In this document: positions 53,278 to 61,208 of the stretch, piece after piece | Numbering within the stretch: the first letter of the stretch is position 1 | Layout of the letters: every line of letters starts with the position of its first letter | Assembly: GCA_038727515.1 (NCBI GenBank) | Contig: JAVYVS010000003.1 | Location: 32,001-96,000, forward strand | Origin: Candidatus Methanomethylicia archaeon | Lineage (GTDB): Archaea; Thermoproteota; Methanomethylicia; Culexarchaeales; Culexarchaeaceae | Length of the DNA stretch: 64,000 bases | Reading direction: 5' to 3' | Notes under the pieces: model-generated | Told to the model about the DNA's origin: nothing | The model's input: the letters and a program-made list of their open reading frames with translations, nothing else | Databases searched by the model: none | Program-made: the position numbers and the translations under genes

Positions 53278-53377
53278 CGCCGGGGGCGGGATTCGAACCC
53301 GCGCGGCCTTAAAGACCATCGGCTTTTTACGTTATACATAGCAAGCCGACGCCCTAACCAGACTAGGCGACCCCGGC
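53278..53377 (-). tRNA. tRNA-Ser(GCT) with 14-nt intron at 37/38 (53325-53338)
   Basis: GCCGGGG/CCCCGGC, TCGGC-TT-GCT-A..A-GCCGA, long variable arm, TTGC/GTAA BHB helix. Confidence 0.92.
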
Positions 53378-53439
53378 CTACTATAGTTTTTGTAAAAAGT
53401 TTCTTTTATCTATTTCCTTCACATTATACTAATTAAGAT

Positions 53440-54405
53440 ATGAAGAGAACTGTTGTGGATTTATTCTGTGGGTGTGGAGGATTTTCTAGAGGATTCCTAG
53501 AAGAAGGCTTTGATATTGTATTGGGTATTGATATTGATGTGAAAGCTTCAAAGTCATTTTCAGAAAATTTCCCAAAGGCAGTGATATTGCAAGCAGATAT
53601 AAGAGAGATTCATGGAGGGGAGATTAGTAAAGTTATTGGTGAACCTCCAGACGTAGTTATCGGTAGCCCACCATGTGAACCCTTTACACCAGCTAACCCT
53701 AAAAGAATGGAAAATGAATTAGATAGATTATATACTGATGAAATTGGTATTCTTACACTACATTTTATACGTTTAGTTGGAGAATTAAACCCAAAGATAT
53801 TCATTATGGAAAATGTTCCACAATTAGTTGAGGGAGAATTAGATTATTTCATAAGGTGGGAGTTCAGTAGGATCGGTTATAAAGAAATTTATTTAAATAT
53901 TTTAAGAGCAGAACAATTTGATACACCATCAATTAGAAAGAGGTTATTCATATCAAACATACCAATAAAATTAGTTGGTAGAAAACGGAGGATAAATGTT
54001 GAAGATGCATTAAAAGGATTGGAAAACCCTATGGGAATTATAAGTTGTTTAAATCATGAAATAACTCCAATAAGTGAAAGAAAACTTAAGAAAATTGCTA
54101 GATTGAAATGGGGTGATTCTCTAATAACATTTAAGGGGGCTAATGGAAAATTTTATAGAAATTGGATTCGATTACATCCAAAAAGAGTTGCGCCAACAGT
54201 AATGGGGGGATCAAGGTTTATACACCCGTATGAAAATAGATTACTAACAGTTAGAGAACAGGCGAGACTTATGGGCTTTCCAGACGACCACGTATTTTAT
54301 GGAAAAAGAGAGGAACAATATAATCAAGTTGGAGAAGCAGTCCCACCAACAGTTTCAAGAGCCATAGCAAAATATGTAAAGAAATACCTGGAAAAGGTGG
54401 ATTAA
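53440..54405 (+). CDS. orphan C5 cytosine methyltransferase (Dcm-like)
   Basis: DLFCGCGG (I), GSPPC (IV), MENV (VI), RKRLF (VIII), REQARLMGFPD (IX), GEAVPP (X). Confidence 0.9.
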   Translation: MKRTVVDLFCGCGGFSRGFLEEGFDIVLGIDIDVKASKSFSENFPKAVILQADIREIHGGEISKVIGEPPDVVIGSPPCEPFTPANPKRMENELDRLYTDEIGILTLHFIRLVGELNPKIFIMENVPQLVEGELDYFIRWEFSRIGYKEIYLNILRAEQFDTPSIRKRLFISNIPIKLVGRKRRINVEDALKGLENPMGIISCLNHEITPISERKLKKIARLKWGDSLITFKGANGKFYRNWIRLHPKRVAPTVMGGSRFIHPYENRLLTVREQARLMGFPDDHVFYGKREEQYNQVGEAVPPTVSRAIAKYVKKYLEKVD

Positions 54406-54406
54406 A

Positions 54407-54898
54407 ATGTATGAAAATGTAAAAAACCTAATAATGGTAATTCATAATATCCATTCACCGCAAAGACTAATTGAATTAGCAAAGGTATTCTATGGATTAG
54501 GGTATACAAATCTAGTTATTTCAAAAGCTGCAGGAGCAGCTGCTCAAATGGGGATACCTGAAGTACAAAAAATATCAATAAAAACTGGAGGAAAATTAAT
54601 TATAACCACAAATTTAGAGGATGCTATAGAACTTATAAAACCAAACATAATACTATTAGCTACGTATAAACCCTATGGAAAAACAGTATATAAGCCAGAG
54701 GAAATAGCGAAGAAAATTATGGAAGGATTAACCGTAATGATTGTTATTGGAGGACTTGAACCAGGACTAACTTCAAAAGAATTATCACTTGGTGAAACAA
54801 TTTATGTTAACGGTATAGAAAGTGATATAGGATGCGTTGGTTTAGCCACAATAATAATATATGAATTAAAGAAAAAAATAGGTGAACTAAACAAATAA
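54407..54898 (+). CDS. SPOUT-fold putative RNA methyltransferase (COG4080/DUF2122-like)
   Basis: HNIHSPQRL, GAAAQMGIPE, VIGGLEPGLT...IGCVGLATIIIYEL knot-like C-terminus. Confidence 0.7.
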   Translation: MYENVKNLIMVIHNIHSPQRLIELAKVFYGLGYTNLVISKAAGAAAQMGIPEVQKISIKTGGKLIITTNLEDAIELIKPNIILLATYKPYGKTVYKPEEIAKKIMEGLTVMIVIGGLEPGLTSKELSLGETIYVNGIESDIGCVGLATIIIYELKKKIGELNK

Positions 54899-54957
54899 TT
54901 TATACTTTTAGATCCAAAATATCCCTAAAAACCTCCATTCATTTAATCAATAAATAA

Positions 54958-55034
54958 TGGTGGGCGGGCTGGGATTTGAACCCAGGACCACCGCCGTGTC
55001 AGGGCGGTATCCTAACCAGCTAGACGACCCGCCC
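54958..55034 (-). tRNA. tRNA-Val(GAC), CCA encoded
   Basis: GGGCGGG/CCCGCCC, CCGCC-CT-GAC-AC-GGCGG. Confidence 0.95.
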
Positions 55035-55124
55035 AATCATAACTATCTAGGTTAATTTTCATTATTAATTTTTCCCTTCAATTTACTTAAGTTTATATTT
55101 GTATGAAGATTATTGATTATTGTT

Positions 55125-55201
55125 GGGCCGGTAGCTCAGCCTGGAAGAGCATCCGCCTCGCACGCGGAGGGTCGCGGGTTCAAATCCCGCCCGGTCCACC
55201 A
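55125..55201 (+). tRNA. tRNA-Ala(CGC), CCA encoded; probable integration site
   Basis: GGGCCGG/CCGGTCC G3:U70, loop CT-CGC-AC. Confidence 0.95.
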
Positions 55202-55251
55202 AATTTTTTAAGCGAATCCTTTTATATAAAATAGCGATTTCTCAGTTTTTC

Positions 55252-56030
55252 TTGATGTTTAGGGCTAAGTACGGGTATTTGCTTGAGGATGAGGATGTTA
55301 GGCGCTGGTTTGATAATTTGGCTGCTAAGTCTCTATTAACCGCTACGGTTTACCTTAGGAATCTCGGCCTTTACTGCAAGCTAAATGGTACTGATCCTAA
55401 GGGCATTCTTAGGGATGCTGGCTCCAAGGCCTTTAAGGATCGCTTCGCGGATTTTGTTAGGCGTTTGGAGCGTGAAGGTAAGGCCGGCTCATATATTGCT
55501 AGGTTTAAGAAGGTTTTGAATAGCTGGCTTGCCTTCAACGGCATAAATGTTAAGCTTAAGGTTAATGTTAAGGGCGAGTCTGATGCGTCAACTATCGCTA
55601 ATGAACGTGTCCCAAATAGGGAGGAGCTTGACAGGATACTTCGGATGGCTACACCTCGGGCCAGGATCTCAATCGCCCTTATAGCATTCAGCGGCTTAAA
55701 GCCCCAGACGCTGAGAAACTATGATGGCAGCTACGGGGTTAGGCTCGGCGACTTTCCAGAAGCCGAAATACGCCCAGACGGAGTAGAATTCAAGAAGGTT
55801 TCCAACAATGCTCATAGTCAGGAAGAATCTGAGCAAGACTAAGCATCAGTACTTCACCTTCGTTCTGTAGCAGACAATAACATATATTAAAGAGTACCTG
55901 GAGAAGAGGGCTGAGGCTGGCGAGAGATTAGGCAGAGATAGCCCGCTATTGGGATTCGACCCCAGGGGGATTTAAGAAGAATAGGTTTTGGAGGACCACA
56001 CTTGTGACAGAGATATTAGGAAGGCCTTAG
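55252..56030 (+). pseudogene. tyrosine integrase remnant (frameshifts, stop, C-terminal half missing)
   Basis: RARISIALIAFSGLKPQTL (box I, K where R is expected); after a frameshift near 55800 continues PTMLIVRKNLSKTKHQYFTFVL*QTITYIKEYLEKR. Confidence 0.8.
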
Positions 56031-56993
56031 GGCTATTCTTAAGGTAAGCGTCTACTTCACAATTGGAATTGTTGGAGCGATGCTTTTTCCTCCATTTTAT
56101 TATGGGCTGGGAGATGATTGACGGTTTCATGCTTGGATCTATAATCAGCCAAACAGGAGCCGTAGTTATTGTGCCCTTGGCTAAAAGGATTGGGGTTCAA
56201 GCGGAGATGGCGGCCATACTTTCTATCGAGGCAATTGTAACTAGCATATTCAACATAGTTTTCTTTTCAGCTTTCCTAGAAGCACGCTTAGCGAAGTTTT
56301 AAACCTTGCTGAAGCCATAACTCTAATAGTAGCGAAATTCTCTGTAGGAATAGTAGTAGGGGTTATTGTAGGGTTATTTTGCCTACGATCCTATTCCTTC
56401 TTCAGAGAGAAGAGTTCACGTATATGGCCACGCTGGAATACTGCTGTTTGGCTATACCATTTCAGAAATGCTGAAGGGAAGCGGTGCTCTCACAGTCCTC
56501 ACTATTGGCATCATTTTAGGAAACGACAGAGAGATCCTTAGGCTGCTTGGGAAAAATCCTCTGCATGCGAGCGCCTTCTCCGAACTAAAAAGTATTTGGA
56601 GCACTTCCAAGCAGAAGTTTATTTTATTCTCAGAATATTCTTCTTCATGCTGTTAGGCTTATTGTTCGAGGTATCATCACTAAGCCTATTTGTAACATTA
56701 ACTTATGATCTACCCATCATCGGCATCCTCTTAGCTACGCGCTACTTGGTTACTCAATGTCGACGTGGAGGAGCCCCATGTTTTCTGAGAGGAAGATGAT
56801 TACGGATATGTGTGCGCTTGGATTAACACCAGCCCTCCTAAGCCTAATACCCTTACAGTATAATCTGCCCAATTCTAATCTTTACACACTCATCATCACA
56901 AACTTGATAGTACTAACCAATATCCTAACCTCAATATCGACTATAAAAATACGGAAGAAAAACAAAAACAAAGATTACATCAAGATATCTTAA
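56031..56993 (+). pseudogene. cation:proton antiporter (CPA1/NhaP-like) in fragments
   Basis: Successive fragments MLGSIISQTGAVVIVP, GSGALTVLTIGIILGN, RIFFFMLLG, GLTPALLS in different frames. Confidence 0.75.
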
Positions 56994-57044
56994 ACTTCTT
57001 TGTTCTAAACCATTTGTCAGTAAGTGATGTGAATTAAGAAAGTT

Positions 57045-59378
57045 TTATACGTGGCCAAAAATTTTGTATACTGCGATTTTAGCGGCATCTGTAGCTAGCA
57101 ATGTTACCATGATAGTGTAGATCAGCGCTAACGCTATGGCATATGGGGGCAGTGATGGTATTATTATGCCTCTCCATACAAGCGTTGTTGCAGCTACGCT
57201 GTCAACTATTATAGCTAGCAGCATGTACCTGCTTGGTTTCGAGCTCCAAAATGCTCTAGTCTCCCTAAAGTTCACTATGTTTAGAAGCCCTGAGAGGAGG
57301 AGTATATAGAACATGAAGCTTTGTAGCTGCGGGTATGACAGGTTAATGAGTTTTGCTATGTGTAACGCTATAAATAGTTCCGCGAGTTTTACAATGCCAA
57401 GCATAGTTGATATTACTGTAAGCTTCGTTATATTCCATTTCTCCGGCCTTCTACCTGGCTTTAATACGTCGATGCTTATGGACAGCGTTACAAAATCATA
57501 GAGGAAAAGCATTAATATCATGTGCGTGGGCGTTAATATTGGGAGCCCGAGGAGCAGCGTTGATATAACCACAAAATATACAATGCTAAATGTCTTAACG
57601 ATCTTGTTTATGGTCCAGACAACGATCTTCCTATAGATCATCCTCCCAAGCCTTATAATGTCGGCGATCTCCCTCAGCCCCGGAGATGTGAGCACCGCGG
57701 AGGCAACTGATTTAGCTACGTCCGTAGCCCCGCTCACGGCTATGCCTAAATCTGCCTTCTTAAGAGCCGGCGCATCGTTTACCCCATCACCCGTCATGCC
57801 GACCACATGCCCCTTCTCCTGCAGAGTTTCTACGATATTGTACTTGTCCTCAGGTACGACTTCCGCGAAGACCTCAATATCCTCGACGCCTTCAGTTAGC
57901 CGCTCTTTTGAAATCTCCCTCATGCTAATAGCCTTCTCGCCTATGCCAACTTTACTCGCTATGGCTTTAGCTATGTGTATATTATCCCCTGTAACCATTT
58001 TTGGTGTTACACCAAGGCTCTTTATGACATCTATAAATTGCTTAGAATCTTCGCGGGGCCTGTCATAGAGTCCTAACAGCCCAATGATCTCAATGATGTT
58101 CTGCTGGGCCTCTATTGCCACGGCCAGCAGCCTAAGCCCCTCCCTACTGAGCCCCCTAATGATCTCCTCAATATCCTCCTTATTGTTATTGGCGGCTAGC
58201 TGGAGAAGCGCCTGTGGCGCACCCTTAATAACTCTTAGCTTTCGTCCTTGAATCTGAACTAATGCTTCGCTCCTCTTTGTCTCCGGCGTGAATGGCTTAA
58301 ATTCTAAGATGCTTGCCACGTTTATGTTAATGTTCATCTCTTTAGCTTTCTGTCTAATGGCGTTATCTATGGGATCTTTCGTTATCTCTTCTGATGCCAG
58401 AGCAGCATATAGCAAAACGTCTTCCTCGCCATATCCGCCACTTAACGAGATCACCCTGTCAACCACTATCCTGTTCTCAGTTATTGTCCCCGTTTTATCT
58501 AGGCATATAACGTCCATCATGGAGGCAGCCTCTATGGCCTCAAGCCTCCTAACAATTATACCGCTCTTCGCGAGCTCAACACTTCCCAAAGCCAGAGTTA
58601 TAGTGGTCATGGCTGGCAGAGCTATGGGTATCGAGGCTAACAGCAACGTTAAGGTGAAGGGCAGGAGATCTAAAATGTTAAGCCCCGCCAGAATAAGCTT
58701 AGCTACAACCAAGACTATGAAGAGGGAGTCTACTAGAAGAAGCCACTTAGTTATGCTATTGGTTATCTCCTCTATTATGAGCCTAGGCTTCGCTATTTGG
58801 ACAAGTTCGATGGTTCTACCAAAGCGCGTCCTTACACCTGTCACAACTATTCTGATAATTGCTTCTCCCCTAACAACTGTGGTTCCAGCGTAAACATTAT
58901 CGTTAACGCTTTTCTCAACAGGCATGGATTCTCCGGTCAGCGCGGATTCATCAACAGTTATAGAACCCTCCACGATAACGCCGTCAGCTGGCGCAATGTC
59001 GCCCATAGAGATCTTCACAATATCATCTGGCACAATATGCTCAGCTGCAACATCAACCCACTTACCATCTCTCAGAGCTTTCACGGTCACTTTTAGCTTC
59101 GATTTAAGCATCTCAATAGCCTTACCAGCCCTATATCCATGAACAACACCAATAACGGCATTTACGAGGAGCAGCGAAACCATTATAGCGAAGTCTACGT
59201 ATTTCCCCAAAACAAAAGAGATCGCGGCGGCCACCTCTACAGTATAGGGTGTTAGCCCTGTGAGCTTCTTTAGGAAAGACACCGCGATATTCTCCCCTTT
59301 TTCAGGAACCTTATTGGGGCCGTAGATTTTGAGTCTCTCAACGACTTCTTCGCTAGTTAAACCTTTATGCTTGCTCAT
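57045..59378 (-). CDS. P-type IIIA plasma-membrane H+-efflux ATPase
   Basis: TGES, PIALPA, DKTGT, GDGVNDAPALKKAD, M6 Asp (LYDF); intact ORF. Confidence 0.88.
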   Translation of the reverse strand: MSKHKGLTSEEVVERLKIYGPNKVPEKGENIAVSFLKKLTGLTPYTVEVAAAISFVLGKYVDFAIMVSLLLVNAVIGVVHGYRAGKAIEMLKSKLKVTVKALRDGKWVDVAAEHIVPDDIVKISMGDIAPADGVIVEGSITVDESALTGESMPVEKSVNDNVYAGTTVVRGEAIIRIVVTGVRTRFGRTIELVQIAKPRLIIEEITNSITKWLLLVDSLFIVLVVAKLILAGLNILDLLPFTLTLLLASIPIALPAMTTITLALGSVELAKSGIIVRRLEAIEAASMMDVICLDKTGTITENRIVVDRVISLSGGYGEEDVLLYAALASEEITKDPIDNAIRQKAKEMNININVASILEFKPFTPETKRSEALVQIQGRKLRVIKGAPQALLQLAANNNKEDIEEIIRGLSREGLRLLAVAIEAQQNIIEIIGLLGLYDRPREDSKQFIDVIKSLGVTPKMVTGDNIHIAKAIASKVGIGEKAISMREISKERLTEGVEDIEVFAEVVPEDKYNIVETLQEKGHVVGMTGDGVNDAPALKKADLGIAVSGATDVAKSVASAVLTSPGLREIADIIRLGRMIYRKIVVWTINKIVKTFSIVYFVVISTLLLGLPILTPTHMILMLFLYDFVTLSISIDVLKPGRRPEKWNITKLTVISTMLGIVKLAELFIALHIAKLINLSYPQLQSFMFYILLLSGLLNIVNFRETRAFWSSKPSRYMLLAIIVDSVAATTLVWRGIIIPSLPPYAIALALIYTIMVTLLATDAAKIAVYKIFGHV

Positions 59379-59466
59379 CTCATATACCTACTCATCTACA
59401 CCGTTTTAAACAAGAATTCTTAAATATTTCTTCTTATTGTCAAGTTCAACATAATGGCGATTAAGA

Positions 59467-60639
59467 ATGAATAGAAAAATATTCGCGGTGTTTGTGCTGC
59501 TCGGGCTTATCTCTTTAGCTGCCGATATGGTTTATGAGGGGGCTAGGTCCGACAGCGGAGCCTATCTAGAGCATCTGGGCGCTCCGCCCATTGCCTCATC
59601 CATCATTGGCGTAGGCGAATTTATAGGATACTTTCTCAGGTTCGTAAGCGGTGTGCTAGCATCCTACTTGGGGTCTTCGGTTGCCTTCTGGGGCTTTGTG
59701 GCGTTGGGTTACGCCACGACCGTCATAGCCTTACCCCTCCTTGCCTTTGCGGGCTTATGGTGGATTGCAGCATCACTATGCCTCTTGAAGAGGATTGGGA
59801 GGGGCTTAAGGACTCCTGTGAGGGACGTGATTTTAGCCGAGGTTACGGAGGGTGTTGGTAGGGGGAATAGTTTCGGCCTCCACAAGGTTATGGATCAAGC
59901 TGGCGCCCTAGCGGGACCGCTTCTCTTCACATACATGCTCCTAAACTACGACTATTCTAAAGCATTTTTAACGATTCTAGCCCCGGGCATATTGGCTATG
60001 ATGTTCGTGTTCACAGCATGGTCTCTCTATCCAAAGATTAAGAGCGTTGAGGTTTTACCGAGGAAAGTTTCGTTTAGAGACGTAGGCAGAAGATCCTGGC
60101 TATACACGCTATCAATGATCCTACAGTCCCTAGGCTTTGTGCACTGGGCTATAGCATCCTACTTCCTAAAGTATTGGAGGATCTTAGGGAACGCTGATAT
60201 AGCAATACTATACGCAATTGCGATGGGTGTAGACGCCCTCGTAGCCTTCCCAATAGGATACCTATATGATACGATAAAGTTTAAGAGCCTCTATGTAGCG
60301 CCCATAACAACGCTAATATAACATTACTGTTGACTGCGAAGACCACTGCGCTAGCGTATGCGATGGCGGTTCTCTGGGGAGTCACCATGGGCGTCTCGGA
60401 GACGATTATGAGGGCTTCTATAGCGGACATAGTCGGCAGAGATGGGCTTGGCAGTAGCTTACGGCATATTCGGAATGCTTTACGGGGTCTCATGGAGCGT
60501 CGGAGGCTTCATAATAACCTTCCTACTAGAGTTATCAGCGCCAATAGCAATAGACTACACGAGCCTAACGCAAGCATCATAACTTCTAATGCTAGCAGTG
60601 TTAAATAGGCAAATTAGCTCTGAAAGCCTACGTCACTAG
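59467..60639 (+). pseudogene. MFS transporter with frameshifts near 60320 and 60445 and an internal stop
   Basis: DMVYEGARS, GRGLRTPVRD, MDQAGALAGP; C-terminal helices continue in other frames (AYGIFGMLYG). Confidence 0.8.
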
Positions 60640-60695
60640 TCAACTATTTTAAGCCCATCACCCATTGTGGCGTTATATACCTAACCTGTTCCGCC

Positions 60696-61052
60696 TTAAC
60701 CTTCCTTAAGATCTTTAAGGATCTTCTCCACCTGCTTGATGGCGTATTCCGCCTCATCAGGTTTATAGACTCCATTATAGAGCGCTTCGTCATGCAGAGT
60801 TTTCATGACGTCACTGTAAACGGCCCTCAAATCCTCGCACCCTATCTTCCTGAGAAGCTCTCTCCTCCCGCTGTGGGATCTAGGCGTCACATTTAATTTA
60901 CGATGGATATAGGAGTTTACCGCAAGCACCATGCTTAAGAAGGCTTTATCAACAGCATTCCTATAGAGAAATATATCGCCTAATTTAATAGCCTTCTCAA
61001 ACCCCTCCTAGCATACTTTAAGATCTCCCTCAGCGGTTATGGATGCGGCATT
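60696..61052 (-). pseudogene. PaREP1/HEPN-like small protein, 5' part disrupted
   Basis: YRNAVDKAFLSMVLAV, PRSHSGRRELL, LHDEALY; stop/frameshift near 61010. Confidence 0.55.
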
Positions 61053-61208
61053 TTCCTCACTTAAACGCCCCGCCGCATGCCATAGATAAATAGTGGTATA
61101 GGAAATAAATGGGATGCCGAGACTACGTGAGAAGTAACGCTCCATAAATTATGGCGGATCAAATCAATTAAGCAGAAATTCTTTAAAACGCGGTTCCTCC
61201 CGATAAAC

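Noticed and set aside
53440-54405. Direct Dnmt2 orthologue or type II restriction-modification system
   Set aside because: No Dnmt2 CFT motif and no recognisable endonuclease adjacent; kept only as an orphan-MTase hypothesis
57313-59142. Several long plus-strand ORFs antisense to the H+-ATPase (likewise 62269-62841, 22420-23022, 26442-27113)
   Set aside because: Shadow ORFs opposite well-supported genes; no motifs of their own
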